Source: Candidatus Omnitrophota bacterium (lineage in GTDB: Bacteria; Omnitrophota; Gorgyraeia; Gygaellales; Profunditerraquicolaceae). Taken from it: a DNA stretch of 64,000 bases. Positions 28,202-39,916 of the stretch are shown one piece after another. The DNA is taken from NCBI GenBank assembly GCA_028716245.1, contig JAQUQW010000001.1, positions 104,793 through 168,792 on the forward strand, written 5' to 3'. The notes beneath the pieces are model-generated. The model was not told where the DNA came from and ran no database searches. It saw only the letters and a program-made list of their open reading frames with translations. A program made the position numbers and the translations under genes. Position 1 is the first letter of the stretch. Every line of letters begins with the position of its first letter.

Positions 28202-29197
28202 ATGGGTGAATTAAGAAGGGATCCGGTAGTCGGCCGCTGGGTGATTGTGGATACGGAGCATCCGAGAAAGCCGGAAGATTTTAAACATGAGCAGAATATC
28301 GTCAGTGGCACGTTATGCCCGTTTTGTTATGGTAACGAATTTATGACTCCGCCTGAAATAAGCTGTTTTCGCGATCCGGGTACCGCGGCTAATACTCCGG
28401 GCTGGCAGGTGCGCGTGGTCGCCAATAAATTTCCCGCTTTGCAGATCGAAGGAGAGCTTAACCGCCGGGGGCTGGGTATTTATGATATGTCAAACGGCAT
28501 CGGCGCCCATGAAGTTTTAATTGAGAGTCCGTATCACAACAAGGATATCTGCGAACTTCTTCCGCAGGAAATCGAAAATTACCTGAAGATGTGCTGCGCG
28601 CGGATGATCGATTTAAAAAAAGACAGCCGCTTTAAATACATTATGGTTTTTCGTAATTATGGCGCTGCAGCCGGCGCCTCATTAGAGCATCCGCATACGC
28701 AGTTGATCGCTCTTCCCATGGTGCCGAAGAATCCCCTGGAGGAGATCCACGGAGCGCGTGATTATTATAATTATCGCGAGCGCTGTATATTCTGCGACAT
28801 TATCCGCCAGGAGATTCATGATAAGACAAGGTTAATTTTGGAGAATCAGTATTTTGTCGCCTTCTGTCCTTTTGTTTCCCGGTTTCCATTCGGGATCATG
28901 ATTATGCCTAAGCAGCATAGCGGATATTTTAGCCACATTTCAGGGCCGGAGATCTCGGCGTTAACGCAGATTTTAAAAGACACATTAACAAAATTAAAAA
29001 AAGTATTTGTAAATTTAGCGTATAATTATATAATTCATTCTGCGCCGATTAACGGTGAAACTGACGTGGAGTATTACCATTGGCATCTTGAAATTATGCC
29101 AAAGTTGACCCAAGTCGCGGGTTTTGAGTGGGGGACCGGTTTTTACCTCGATCCAACTTCACCTGAATTAGCCGCGCAGTATTTGAAATCCGTATAA
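28202..29197 (+). CDS. GalT-like hexose-1-phosphate uridylyl/adenylyltransferase paralog 2 with an intact HPH motif
   Basis: CPFCYGNE, GAHEVLIES, EHPHTQL. Start abuts the stop of paralog 1. Confidence 0.65.
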   Translation: MGELRRDPVVGRWVIVDTEHPRKPEDFKHEQNIVSGTLCPFCYGNEFMTPPEISCFRDPGTAANTPGWQVRVVANKFPALQIEGELNRRGLGIYDMSNGIGAHEVLIESPYHNKDICELLPQEIENYLKMCCARMIDLKKDSRFKYIMVFRNYGAAAGASLEHPHTQLIALPMVPKNPLEEIHGARDYYNYRERCIFCDIIRQEIHDKTRLILENQYFVAFCPFVSRFPFGIMIMPKQHSGYFSHISGPEISALTQILKDTLTKLKKVFVNLAYNYIIHSAPINGETDVEYYHWHLEIMPKLTQVAGFEWGTGFYLDPTSPELAAQYLKSV

Positions 29198-29212
29198 TGG
29201 ATTTAGGGTTGT

Positions 29213-29245
29213 CCCTATTTCCCGATTAATTTCGAAACAGTTTCC
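29213..29245. repeat. Family-2 repeat, copy b
   Basis: CCCTATTTCCCGATTAATTTCGAAACAGTTTCC between the second GalT-like gene and gap. Confidence 0.6.
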
Positions 29246-29257
29246 TATTCTATTTAA

Positions 29258-30325
<1,068 letters not shown>

Positions 30326-30327
30326 TT

Positions 30328-30393
30328 TAAATAGGGACAGCGACCATTATTTTTTGGTTGCATTGAAGAGAATAATGGTCGCTGTCCCTATTT
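30328..30393. repeat. Family-1 palindromic repeat, copy C (loop in inverted orientation)
   Basis: ATAGGGACAGCGACCATTATTTT...AATAATGGTCGCTGTCCCTATTT between gap and pgk. Confidence 0.8.
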
Positions 30394-30407
30394 AATAAGG
30401 AGAAGAT

Positions 30408-31589
30408 ATGGCGAAATTAACTTTAAAAGATATCGATCTAAAAAATAAAACAGTGTTGGTGCGCGCGGATTTCAATGTGCCGCTTGATGCCAGCTTTAAT
30501 ATTACGGATGATATACGCATCCAGGCAACCTTGCCTACCCTAAAATATATTTTAGAGCATGGCGCTAAAAAATTAGTGTTGATGAGCCATTTGGGCAGGC
30601 CGGATGGAAAGCCGGTTGCCAAATATAGCCTTAAACCGGTAGCCGCGCGTTTAAGAGAGTTACTAGGCCAGGATGTGCTGTTCCTTAATGACTGCGTAGG
30701 CGATAATATTAAGCAGGATATTGATAAAGCAAAAGAAAGGGTGATTTTGCTGGAGAATTTAAGATATCACGCCGAAGAGGAGGCAAATGACGCCGGTTTT
30801 GCCGGCAAGTTAGCCTCTTTGGCCGATATCTTTGTTAATGATGCTTTTGGTACCGCTCACCGCGCGCACGCCTCAACGGAGGGCATAACTCATTTCTTAA
30901 AATCCGCCGCAGGGTTTCTTCTGGAAAAAGAGATCAAATATTTAGGCGGCGCCGTAAGTAATCCCCAAAAGCCATTTATGGTTATTTTAGGCGGAGCGAA
31001 AGTTTCAGATAAGATCGGGGTTATCGAAAACTTACTCCCTAAATGTGACGCGATTATTGTCGGCGGCGGTATGGCCTATACTTTCCTGAAGGCGCAAGGC
31101 AAGCAGATCGGCAATTCCAAGCTGGAGAAAGATAAAATAGATTTAGCTAAATCCATCCTGGATCAGGCCAAAGGGTTGAATAAAGAAATCCTGCTGCCCG
31201 TGGATAATCTGGCGGTAGATAATATTGACCCGAATGCAAAAACCGAAATTGTCGGAGATAATATTCCTGACGGCAAGATTGCCGTGGATATCGGTCCAAA
31301 GACGGTTAAACTGTTTGAGGATAAATTAAAATCCGCCAAAACCATCGTTTGGAACGGCCCGCTGGGGATATTTGAGATGGATGCTTTTAGCAAGGGAACC
31401 CGGGATATTGCCAAGTTTATTGCCACTTTAAAAACTACCGCGATAATCGGAGGAGGGGATACCGCGGCGGCAATCGCTAAATTTAAATTAGAAGATAAAA
31501 TGGCGCATATTTCAACCGGAGGAGGGGCAAGCCTGGAATTTCTAGAGGGAAAAACTCTTCCAGGGATCGCAGCGCTTACCGATAAATAA
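30408..31589 (+). CDS. pgk: Phosphoglycerate kinase
   Basis: Pgk N-terminal and hinge motifs (RADFNVP, GGGMAYTFL). Confidence 0.9.
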   Translation: MAKLTLKDIDLKNKTVLVRADFNVPLDASFNITDDIRIQATLPTLKYILEHGAKKLVLMSHLGRPDGKPVAKYSLKPVAARLRELLGQDVLFLNDCVGDNIKQDIDKAKERVILLENLRYHAEEEANDAGFAGKLASLADIFVNDAFGTAHRAHASTEGITHFLKSAAGFLLEKEIKYLGGAVSNPQKPFMVILGGAKVSDKIGVIENLLPKCDAIIVGGGMAYTFLKAQGKQIGNSKLEKDKIDLAKSILDQAKGLNKEILLPVDNLAVDNIDPNAKTEIVGDNIPDGKIAVDIGPKTVKLFEDKLKSAKTIVWNGPLGIFEMDAFSKGTRDIAKFIATLKTTAIIGGGDTAAAIAKFKLEDKMAHISTGGGASLEFLEGKTLPGIAALTDK

Positions 31590-31593
31590 GTAA

Positions 31594-31666
31594 CCGAAAC
31601 TGTTTCCGACCCAATCGGGAAACAGGGGTATACATCCCTATTTCCCGATTGGGTCGGAAACAGTTT
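31594..31666. repeat. Family-2 repeats, two copies in inverted orientation forming a 73-bp palindrome
   Basis: CCGAAACTGTTTCCGACCCAATCGGGAAA ... TTTCCCGATTGGGTCGGAAACAGTTT between pgk and tpiA. Confidence 0.7.
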
Positions 31667-31689
31667 TGAAGTAAGGAGTTATTTGAAAG

Positions 31690-32463
31690 ATGAGGAAAAC
31701 GATTATTGCCGGAAATTGGAAGATGTATAAAACAATTAATGAAGCCATTGATTTGGCCAATAATTTAAAACGGGAACTTTTTAAAGTGAATTTTGCTGCA
31801 GTTGATGTAGTATTGTGCCCGGTTTTTACAGCCTTAAGCGAAGTTGCCGAAGTCTTGAATGAAACGGATATTCAATTAGGCGCCCAGGATATCTATTGGC
31901 AGGAGGAGGGAGCTTTTACGGGAGAGGTTTCTGGGCTAATGCTTAAGGACGCGGGTTGCCAGTATGTGATTATCGGGCATTCCGAACGCCGGCAGTTTTT
32001 TGGCGAAACAAATGAAACGGTGAATAAAAAAATCAAAGCCGCCTTAAGGCACGGGCTTATCCCGATTATTTGCGTAGGCGAGAATTTAGAAGAAAGGGAA
32101 TCCAATAATACTTTTAAAGTAATCCAGGATCATATCAAAGGCGGCATGGTGGATATTAGCGCTGAGGATATCTTAAAAACAGTTATCGCGTATGAGCCGG
32201 TTTGGGCAATTGGCACAGGCAAGACAGCGACTCCGGAGCAGGCTCAGGAAGTGCATAAATTTATCCGTGATTTATTAAGGAAAATGTACGGGGAAGAGGT
32301 GGCCAGCAATATCAGGATTCAATATGGCGGGAGCGTGAAACCGGAAAATATCCAAGAATTAATGGCGAAGCCGGATGTGGATGGCGCCCTGGTTGGCGGG
32401 GCCAGCTTAAAGGTGGATTCATTTAGTTCAATAGTAATTAAAGCAAGTGAGGTCCTAAAATGA
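31690..32463 (+). CDS. tpiA: Triosephosphate isomerase
   Basis: AGNWKM, IGHSERR and [11 protein letters not shown] motifs. Confidence 0.9.
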   Translation: MRKTIIAGNWKMYKTINEAIDLANNLKRELFKVNFAAVDVVLCPVFTALSEVAEVLNETDIQLGAQDIYWQEEGAFTGEVSGLMLKDAGCQYVIIGHSERRQFFGETNETVNKKIKAALRHGLIPIICVGENLEERESNNTFKVIQDHIKGGMVDISAEDILKTVIAYEPVWAIGTGKTATPEQAQEVHKFIRDLLRKMYGEEVASNIRIQYGGSVKPENIQELMAKPDVDGALVGGASLKVDSFSSIVIKASEVLK

Positions 32464-32879
32464 TGACGTTATTGATTATAATTCATGTAATTGCTTGTAT
32501 AGTTTTAATTGGCCTGGTTTTAATCCAGCGCGGAAGAGGCGCCGGTTTAGTGGAAAGTTTTGCCGGGGTCGAATCGATGTTCGGGACAAAAACCAGCGCT
32601 TTTTTAACGCGCACGACGACGATTATGTCGGTTGTTTTCTTTATAACCTGCTTAAGCCTTGCAGTTATGTCAGTTAAACAGAGCAAGTCATTGATGCGCA
32701 ATGTACGCCCGGTTACGCCAAAAACAAGCTTGGCTGTAACCGAGCCAGCCAAGGTTCCGTCACCCGCGCCTAAACCTGAAACAGTAACGTCAGAAGCAAT
32801 CAAAGTTCAGACGCCACCGCCACCGCCAGCCAATGCGCCAGCAGCACCAGCCAAGCCGGATGCAGCAAAATCCCAATAA
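32460..32879 (+). CDS. secG: Preprotein translocase subunit SecG with a Pro/Ala-rich C-terminal extension
   Basis: Conserved tpiA-secG synteny. N-terminus LIIIHVIACIVLIGLVLIQRGRGAG. C-terminus PPPPPANAPAAPAKPDAA. Confidence 0.7.
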   Translation: MMTLLIIIHVIACIVLIGLVLIQRGRGAGLVESFAGVESMFGTKTSAFLTRTTTIMSVVFFITCLSLAVMSVKQSKSLMRNVRPVTPKTSLAVTEPAKVPSPAPKPETVTSEAIKVQTPPPPPANAPAAPAKPDAAKSQ

Positions 32880-34014
32880 AAAATTATTCTGGGTATTTAT
32901 TTTAAGCAGCGCGGTTTATTTTACGCAAGGCATCGAAGGACTGCCCGCCCAGGGGCTGTTTTATTATCTTAAAGAAACCCTGCATTTCTCCCCCGAGAAA
33001 ATAATGCTTCTGGGATCCTTTACCACCCTTGCCTGGTTGGTTAAGCCTTTAATCGGTTACGTAATCGATAATTCATTCAGTAAGCGGGTTTGGATATTTA
33101 TTTCCCTGGCCTTAGATATAGTTTTTGTTTTGTTCCTGGGTTTGATGCAGATGCCGCTGATTATTTTAGTGGCGTTGCTGGCGCTTAACTCCTCCGGCGC
33201 GGCCTTTCGCGATGTCGCGGTTGACGGGATCATGTGCGTGGAGGGCAAGAAATATCAGGCTACCGGAAGAATCCAAAGTATCCAATGGGCCTCGATTTTA
33301 GTGGCAGGATTATTTACTGGAATCGGCGGGGCATTTATCGCCGAGAAATGGGGTTACCAGATGGGTTTTTTATGCTTGATCCCGGTTTATCTTGTCGTGG
33401 GCCTGCCGGCTTATTTTTACAAAGAAGAGCAGGCAGAGAAGAAGTATTCAACTTTGCTTACCGATTTAAAGAAGCTCTTTAGCGATAAGAAAATATTGAT
33501 TATCGGTTTATTTATATTTTTGTATAAATACTCTCCGTCTTTTGGCACTCCTTTATTTTTTATTCAGCGCGATAGCTTTAAATGGGGCAAGATGTGGATC
33601 GGTACATTAGCCACAATTGGCACGCTATTTGGCGTTTGTGGTTCGTTGCTTTATTATAAATTCAGCCAGAAGATAAATATCAAAAAATGGCTGTATTTTT
33701 CGGTGTTTGCCGGAGCCCTGACTACTTTAAGCTACCTATACTATACTCCCTTCTCCGCGGTTATTTATGATATTATTTATAGCCTGATCGGAATGTTTAT
33801 ATTTTTAATGCTTCTGGATTTTATGGCCAGGCATTCGATCAAGGGGCTGGAAGCGACTTCATTTGCGCTTTTATGCAGTATAAATAACCTGTCCGATGTA
33901 TCGAGTAGTTTATCAGGGGCATTTTTACTTCCGCTTATCGGCTTAAAATGGCTGATAGTTTTATCCGCGTTAACCAGCTTTCTTTGCCTGTTCCTCATTA
34001 ATAAGATTGAATAA
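32833..34014 (+). CDS. MFS-type membrane transporter (BT1/AmpG-like). The start is uncertain (32833 or 32860) and overlaps secG
   Basis: About 12 TM segments. Confidence 0.4.
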   Translation: MRQQHQPSRMQQNPNKKLFWVFILSSAVYFTQGIEGLPAQGLFYYLKETLHFSPEKIMLLGSFTTLAWLVKPLIGYVIDNSFSKRVWIFISLALDIVFVLFLGLMQMPLIILVALLALNSSGAAFRDVAVDGIMCVEGKKYQATGRIQSIQWASILVAGLFTGIGGAFIAEKWGYQMGFLCLIPVYLVVGLPAYFYKEEQAEKKYSTLLTDLKKLFSDKKILIIGLFIFLYKYSPSFGTPLFFIQRDSFKWGKMWIGTLATIGTLFGVCGSLLYYKFSQKINIKKWLYFSVFAGALTTLSYLYYTPFSAVIYDIIYSLIGMFIFLMLLDFMARHSIKGLEATSFALLCSINNLSDVSSSLSGAFLLPLIGLKWLIVLSALTSFLCLFLINKIE

Positions 34015-34017
34015 ATT

Positions 34018-34081
34018 AAATAGGGACAGCGACCATTTTTCTCTTCTATGCGACCAAGAAAAATAGTCGCTGTCCCTATTT
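34018..34081. repeat. Family-1 palindromic repeat, copy D
   Basis: AAATAGGGACAGCGACCATTTTTC tcttctatgcgaccaa GAAAAATAGTCGCTGTCCCTATTT. Confidence 0.8.
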
Positions 34082-34169
34082 CTATTTAAAATTTTCGTGC
34101 CGAAGCAAAAGACGGAAATCGAATTATTTCTATTGCCATTTTACGGAGTATTCTATATAATAATAAACT

Positions 34170-34772
34170 ATGATGGAAGCGCTTAAGCCCTATATACTTA
34201 GCTTTATTCCGCTGTTTGTGGCCGTGGATGCCATCGGCAATATCCCCATTTTTTTGTCTTTAGTTGAAAATTGTTCTAAAGCTCAAAAAAATAAGATAGT
34301 TTTGGACGCGGTTACCACCGCAACGGCGGTAGCGATTATCTTTATGATCATAGGCAAATGGATTTTTTTGCTCTTGGGCATAACTATCCCTGATTTTCAG
34401 ATTGCCGGCGGCGCGCTTTTATTCATTATTGCCGTGCGGCTTTTAATGCCGGGTGCGCAAAAAAGCACATTAACCAGCGCTCACAATAATAAAGATATGG
34501 GGGTATTTCCGTTGGGCACTCCTTTAATTACCGGCCCTGCGGTCCTGGCTACTACCCTGATGATGATGAATAGCTTTGGCGCGGCGGCAACGCTGGTTTC
34601 ATTGATATTAAACATGTTTTTTGTCTGGCTTACTTTGATCAAGGCGGATGTAATTATCAAATTTATCGGCCCAAGCGGTATCCGGGCATTCTCTAAAATT
34701 ATTTATATATTACTGGCAGCCATTGCGGTGATGATGATCCGGCATGGCATAACCGGGGCGTTCCTCAAATGA
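34170..34772 (+). CDS. MarC-family (UPF0056) integral membrane protein
   Basis: [19 protein letters not shown] motif. Confidence 0.6.
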   Translation: MMEALKPYILSFIPLFVAVDAIGNIPIFLSLVENCSKAQKNKIVLDAVTTATAVAIIFMIIGKWIFLLLGITIPDFQIAGGALLFIIAVRLLMPGAQKSTLTSAHNNKDMGVFPLGTPLITGPAVLATTLMMMNSFGAAATLVSLILNMFFVWLTLIKADVIIKFIGPSGIRAFSKIIYILLAAIAVMMIRHGITGAFLK

Positions 34773-35992
34773 TGCGTAAAGTCTTAACCTTTATTATGGC
34801 CGGCGGAAAAGGAGAGCGGCTTTTGCCTTTAACCAAAGACCGCACAAAACCGGCAGTGCCTTTTGGCGGGATATACCGGATTATCGATTTTACTTTAAGC
34901 AATTGCATTAATTCCGGGATGCGTAAAATTTATATCCTTACGCAGTATAAATCCGCTTCTTTGCAGAGGCATATCCGCCTGGGCTGGAATTTCCTGCCTT
35001 CAGAGTTAGGCCAATTTATCGAACTGCTTCCGGCGCAGCAGCGCATCGGGGATTCCTGGTATTTGGGCACCGCCGACGCCATCTATCAGAATCTCTATAC
35101 GTTGGAAATGGACCGGCCGGATGAAGTCTTGATTTTAGCCGGCGACCATATTTATAAAATGAATTATTACGCGATGATCGATGTGCATCGTGAGCAAAAC
35201 GCGGACCTAACGGTGGGGGTGGTTGAAATTGAAAAACCTAAGTCTAAGCATTTGGGGGTAGTTGAGGCAGATAGTGCCGGACGGGTTACGGGTTTTCATG
35301 AAAAGCCGGTGAATCCTAAAACTATCCCCGGGAAGCCGGATAAGATTTATGGTTCAATGGGAATTTATGTATTTAACCAGTCTGTCTTGATGCAGGAACT
35401 GCTTGAGGATTCCAGGAATAATAAATCTTCGCATGATTTTGGAAAAGATATCATCCCGCAGATGTTAAAGAAAGGGATGAAGGTTGTGGCCTATAATTTT
35501 CGCAATAAAGATAATGAAGATGAGTATTGGCGCGATATCGGGACCATCGACGCTTATTATGAGGCAAATATGGAATTGATCCAGGTGAATCCTACTTTTA
35601 ATCTTTATGACCAGGAGTGGTTGATCCGGACTTTTCAAGAGCAATATCCACCGGTAAAGACTGTGCACTCTGGCGATAAGGAAGAAGGAAGAGTGGGCCT
35701 GGTCCTGGATTCGATAGTTTCTGAAGGCTGTGTTGTTTCCGGAGGCCGGGTACAGCGTTCGATACTATCCCCTAACGTAAGGATAAATAGTTTCTCCGAA
35801 GTATACGATTCGATTTTAATGGAAGGGGTTAATGTCGGCAGGTATGCTAAAATCAAACGGGCAATTATCGATAAGGATGTGAACATCCCGCAAGGGATGG
35901 TTATCGGATTCAATTTAGAGGAAGATAAAAAGAGATTTTTTGTCAGCGAATCGGGAATAGTTGTGGTTGCTAAAGGTACGGAAATCAAGTAA
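34769..35992 (+). CDS. glgC: Glucose-1-phosphate adenylyltransferase
   Basis: [26 protein letters not shown]...[10 protein letters not shown] and a C-terminal LbH domain. Confidence 0.8.
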   Translation: MMRKVLTFIMAGGKGERLLPLTKDRTKPAVPFGGIYRIIDFTLSNCINSGMRKIYILTQYKSASLQRHIRLGWNFLPSELGQFIELLPAQQRIGDSWYLGTADAIYQNLYTLEMDRPDEVLILAGDHIYKMNYYAMIDVHREQNADLTVGVVEIEKPKSKHLGVVEADSAGRVTGFHEKPVNPKTIPGKPDKIYGSMGIYVFNQSVLMQELLEDSRNNKSSHDFGKDIIPQMLKKGMKVVAYNFRNKDNEDEYWRDIGTIDAYYEANMELIQVNPTFNLYDQEWLIRTFQEQYPPVKTVHSGDKEEGRVGLVLDSIVSEGCVVSGGRVQRSILSPNVRINSFSEVYDSILMEGVNVGRYAKIKRAIIDKDVNIPQGMVIGFNLEEDKKRFFVSESGIVVVAKGTEIK

Positions 35993-36000
35993 TGCCAGTA

Positions 36001-36026
36001 AGGGCGTCCCCTTAGAGGGCGTCCCC
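36001..36026. repeat. Tandem AGGGCGTCCCC x2 separated by TTAG (GGGAC/GTCCC repeat class)
   Basis: Direct 11-mer repeat immediately 3' of glgC. Confidence 0.6.
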
Positions 36027-36030
36027 TAAA

Positions 36031-36480
36031 ATGATTAGAAAAGCTAAAATAAAAGATATAAAGCAGATCCAGGAGTTGATTGGTTGTTTTGCCAAGATGG
36101 ATGTGATGCTGCCTAGGTCGCTCAATGAACTTTATGAGAATATCAGGGATTTTTGGGTGGAGGAAGATAAGGGCAAATTAGCCGGCTGCGCGGCTTTGCA
36201 TATTTCCTGGGATGATTTAGCCGAGATTAAATCTTTAGCGGTTGCTAAAAATAAACAAGGCAAAGGTATCGGCCGGGATTTGGTCACGGCTTGCCTGGCG
36301 GAAGCCAGGGTTGTGGGGGCAAAAAAGATTTTTGTGCTCACCTACCAGCCGGAGTTTTTTAAAAAATTAGGGTTCAAAAAAATTAAAAATAACCAACTTC
36401 CTCATAAAATCTGGGCGGAGTGCATTAACTGCCCTAAATTCCCCAACTGCCAGGAGATTGCCCTGCTGAAACGCTTGTAA
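36031..36480 (+). CDS. GNAT-family N-acetyltransferase with a C-terminal Cys-rich tail
   Basis: VAKNKQGKGIGRDL acetyl-CoA-binding motif. CINCPKFPNC tail. Confidence 0.6.
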   Translation: MIRKAKIKDIKQIQELIGCFAKMDVMLPRSLNELYENIRDFWVEEDKGKLAGCAALHISWDDLAEIKSLAVAKNKQGKGIGRDLVTACLAEARVVGAKKIFVLTYQPEFFKKLGFKKIKNNQLPHKIWAECINCPKFPNCQEIALLKRL

Positions 36481-36526
36481 AATAATCTTTTTATGTTATA
36501 ATTTCTCAAATTAACCGGAGGAAACT

Positions 36527-37678
36527 ATGGATTATTTATTGACTGAAGAACAAAAAATGATTAAAGATTTAGCGCATAAAATTGCCGAGGAGAAGATCCG
36601 TCCGGTTGCGGCTAAATATGATATTAGTGAAGAGTATCCCTGGGAGGTTTTAAAAGTAATGGGCGAGAGTGATATGTTTGGATTGTTTATTCCAGAGGAG
36701 TACGGCGGATTTGCCAATAGCACAATGAATCTATGTTTGGCAACCGAGGAGTTTTCCCGCGCCTGCGGAGGGATCGCGGTTTGCTACGCGGCCAGCGCCC
36801 TGGGAACAATTCCGATTGTTTTATTTGGCACTGATGAGCAAAAGAAAAAATATTTACCGGATTTAGCCAAAGGGAAAAAAGTCGCCGCATTCGCGGTTAC
36901 TGAACCGGAAGCCGGTTCGGATGCCTCCGGAATAAAGACTGTGGCTAAAAAAGAAGGCAACCATTATGTTTTAAATGGCCTCAAGCATTTTATTACTAAT
37001 GGCGGGGATGCGGAAACTTACGTTGTGATTGCCATGACTGATAAATCAAAAGGAGCCCGCGGAGCGACCGCGTTTATCGTTGAAAAAGGAACCCCCGGTT
37101 TTACTTTCGGGAAAAAAGAGGATAAGTTTGGAATCCGGGCATCCAGCACGCGGGAATTAATTTTTACCGATTGCAAGGTTCCCGCGGAAAATTTATTGGC
37201 AAAAGAAGGCATGGGTTTTATCGTGACCATGAGGACCTTTGATATGTCCAGGCCGGGTGTCGCGGCGCAGGCGTTAGGGATTGCTCAGGGGGCCTTGGAA
37301 CTGGCGGTAAAATATGTTCACGAAAGAGTGCAGTTTGGTAAGCCCATATCAAGTTTTCAGGGTATTCAATGGATGATTGCCGATATGGCCACGGAAGTTG
37401 AAGCAGCGCGCGGTTTAGTTTATTCAACCGCTAGAATGCTGGATGCCGGAGTAAAAGATGTATCTAAGGAATCGGCTATGGCTAAGATGTACGCGTCAGA
37501 TGTGGCGATGCGGGTTAGCGTGGATGCCCTGCAATTATTCGGCGGATATGGATACATGAAAGATTATCCGATTGAAAAATACGTGCGTGACGCCAAGATC
37601 ACCCAGATATACGAAGGAACTAACCAGGTGCAGCGCGGTATAATTGGTTTGAAAGTAATCAAGGAAATGGCTAAATAA
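36527..37678 (+). CDS. bcd: Acyl-CoA dehydrogenase (butyryl-CoA dehydrogenase-like)
   Basis: GGAGG RBS. Motifs [19 protein letters not shown] and YEGTNQVQR. Confidence 0.85.
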   Translation: MDYLLTEEQKMIKDLAHKIAEEKIRPVAAKYDISEEYPWEVLKVMGESDMFGLFIPEEYGGFANSTMNLCLATEEFSRACGGIAVCYAASALGTIPIVLFGTDEQKKKYLPDLAKGKKVAAFAVTEPEAGSDASGIKTVAKKEGNHYVLNGLKHFITNGGDAETYVVIAMTDKSKGARGATAFIVEKGTPGFTFGKKEDKFGIRASSTRELIFTDCKVPAENLLAKEGMGFIVTMRTFDMSRPGVAAQALGIAQGALELAVKYVHERVQFGKPISSFQGIQWMIADMATEVEAARGLVYSTARMLDAGVKDVSKESAMAKMYASDVAMRVSVDALQLFGGYGYMKDYPIEKYVRDAKITQIYEGTNQVQRGIIGLKVIKEMAK

Positions 37679-37680
37679 AA

Positions 37681-38463
37681 ATGAATATCATCGTCTGCAT
37701 AAAACAAGTTCCTGAAACTACTGATGTAAGGATCAATCCTGAAACCAATACGCTGATGCGCGAAGGGGTCAAGGCGATTATCAACCCTTTTGATATGTAT
37801 GCTATTGAAGAAGCCCTGCGGCTTAAGGAAAGATTCGCTGGTAAGGTCAGCGTAATTACCATGGGGCCTCCTCAGGCGGAGGGTGCTTTGCGCAAAGCAA
37901 TTTCCATGGGGGCTGATGAAGGATATTTGGTTTGCGACCGGGTTTTTGCCGGAAGTGATACCTGGGCAACCAGCTATACTTTGGCCGGGGCCATTAAAAA
38001 ACTTGGGGCATTTGATTTGATTATTTGCGGCAAACAGGCTTCCGACGGGGATACGGCCCAGGTTGGCCCGGGAATATCCACGCATTTAAATATTCCGCAG
38101 GTAACTTACGTTAAAAAGGTAGAAGAGGCAACGGACAAATCCATGCGTTTGGAGAGAATGCTGGAGGAAGGTTTTGAAATTATTGAAACTCCACTTCCGG
38201 CGCTTTTAACCGTAGTTAAAGAGATTAATGAACCCAGGATTCCTTCATTAAAAGGTTTAATGCGCGCAAAATCCGCCAAGATTACTACACTCACCCAGAA
38301 AGAATTGGATTTAGACCCGCAGCAGATTGGCTTATGCGGTTCTCCGACACAAGTGGTAAAAATATTTACTCCTGCCCCGAGGGTTGGAGGCCAGATACTT
38401 AAGGGTGAGATTCCGGAAATTGCTAAACAGCTGGTGGACTTGATTAAGGGTGAGGTTAATTAA
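37681..38463 (+). CDS. etfB: Electron transfer flavoprotein subunit beta
   Basis: MNIIVCIKQVPET N-terminus. Sits between bcd and etfA. Confidence 0.8.
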   Translation: MNIIVCIKQVPETTDVRINPETNTLMREGVKAIINPFDMYAIEEALRLKERFAGKVSVITMGPPQAEGALRKAISMGADEGYLVCDRVFAGSDTWATSYTLAGAIKKLGAFDLIICGKQASDGDTAQVGPGISTHLNIPQVTYVKKVEEATDKSMRLERMLEEGFEIIETPLPALLTVVKEINEPRIPSLKGLMRAKSAKITTLTQKELDLDPQQIGLCGSPTQVVKIFTPAPRVGGQILKGEIPEIAKQLVDLIKGEVN

Positions 38464-38465
38464 AG

Positions 38466-39668
38466 ATGCCGATTGCCATTATTGTTGAAAAATGCACGGG
38501 TTGCTCATTATGCGTTAAAGCCTGCCCGTTTGATGCTATCCGCGTAATGGATAAAAAAGCGGTGATCGATTTGAATAAATGCACGCTTTGCGGGGCATGT
38601 AAAGATGCCTGTAAATTCAAGGCGGTGCTGTTAGAAAAAACTCCGGCCAAGTGCGCTTTGCCCAATATCAAAGATTATAAGGGGATATGGGTATTCATCG
38701 AGCAGAAAAATGGCAAGGTGCAATCGGTTTCATATGAATTATTAGGCAAGGCGCAGGAGTTGGCTAAAAAATTAAATTGCCAGGTAAGCGGGGTTCTCAT
38801 CGGCGATAAATTAGAAGACCAGCTGGATGAGTTGATTTTTTGCGGGGCTGATAACATCTATCTGGTAGAGGCGCCGGAGTTGGCTAATTTTCAAGATGAG
38901 CCTTATACAAATATTTTGGTTGCGTTGGTTAAGAAATATAAGCCTGAGATACTTTTATGCGGGGCCACAAATATCGGCAGGTCTTTGATTTCACGGGTGG
39001 CAATAAATATCAAGGCGGGCTTAACCGCTGACTGCACGGGATTAGATATCGACCCGGATAAAAAGATTCTTTTACAGACACGCCCGGCTTTCGGCGGCAA
39101 TATCATGGCCACAATTATTTCTCCCAATTACCGCCCGCAGATGGCAACAGTAAGGCATAAGGTTTTTGCGCCTATGCCGGCGGATAAAAAACGTAAAGGC
39201 AGGATCATCAAAGAAAGTTTTGACAGTTCGTTTTATGTTTCGCGCACCAAACTCCTGGATATTATCGAAGAAATTGAAACTACGGTAAATTTATCCGAAG
39301 CAGACATCATTGTTTCCGGCGGCCGCGGAATGGGCTCTCATGAGAATTTTAAATTATTAGAGGAACTAGCCCATGTCCTGGGTGCAGCTGTTGGTTCAAG
39401 CAGGGCGGCAGTGGACTCCGGTTGGATGCCTTATTCACACCAGGTCGGACAGACCGGCCGGACCGTTGCTCCGAAAATTTATTTTGCCTGCGGAATAAGC
39501 GGTCAAATCCAGCATCTTGTTGGAATGCAATCATCAAAAATTATTATCGCCATCAACAAAGATCCCGAAGCACCGATTTTTAAAGTAGCAACTTACGGTA
39601 TAGTGGGGGATCTCTTTCAAATTATTCCTGCTCTAATCCAAGCCTTCAAAACATCTCTCCGAAAATAA
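38466..39668 (+). CDS. etfA: Electron transfer flavoprotein subunit alpha with an N-terminal 2x[4Fe-4S] ferredoxin domain
   Basis: CTGCSLCVKACP and CTLCGACKDAC cluster motifs precede the EtfA fold (GISGQIQH...). Confidence 0.8.
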   Translation: MPIAIIVEKCTGCSLCVKACPFDAIRVMDKKAVIDLNKCTLCGACKDACKFKAVLLEKTPAKCALPNIKDYKGIWVFIEQKNGKVQSVSYELLGKAQELAKKLNCQVSGVLIGDKLEDQLDELIFCGADNIYLVEAPELANFQDEPYTNILVALVKKYKPEILLCGATNIGRSLISRVAINIKAGLTADCTGLDIDPDKKILLQTRPAFGGNIMATIISPNYRPQMATVRHKVFAPMPADKKRKGRIIKESFDSSFYVSRTKLLDIIEEIETTVNLSEADIIVSGGRGMGSHENFKLLEELAHVLGAAVGSSRAAVDSGWMPYSHQVGQTGRTVAPKIYFACGISGQIQHLVGMQSSKIIIAINKDPEAPIFKVATYGIVGDLFQIIPALIQAFKTSLRK

Positions 39669-39672
39669 AATA

Positions 39673-39737
39673 TTAGGGACAGCGACCATTTTCCCGAGTC
39701 TAAGAATTGGTTGGAAAAATGGTCGCTGTCCCTAATT
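39673..39737. repeat. Family-1 palindromic repeat, copy E
   Basis: TTAGGGACAGCGACCATTTTCC...GGAAAAATGGTCGCTGTCCCTAA, 3' of etfA and 9 bp before the IS1-like insertion. Confidence 0.8.
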
Positions 39738-39916
39738 TCAATCTAAGGTAGTGGGTCAATTTGAAGGGGCTAGCCAAAATAAATTCCTGATTTTAAACAA
39801 TAACAGCAGTTTTAATAAAGCTTGACTATATTGTTTGTGTTGATAGAATAAGGTTAATATGAATCCCACCCTGGCTATCGCTAGAATATATTTTCAATAT
39901 TGAGGAGAGAATTGAT

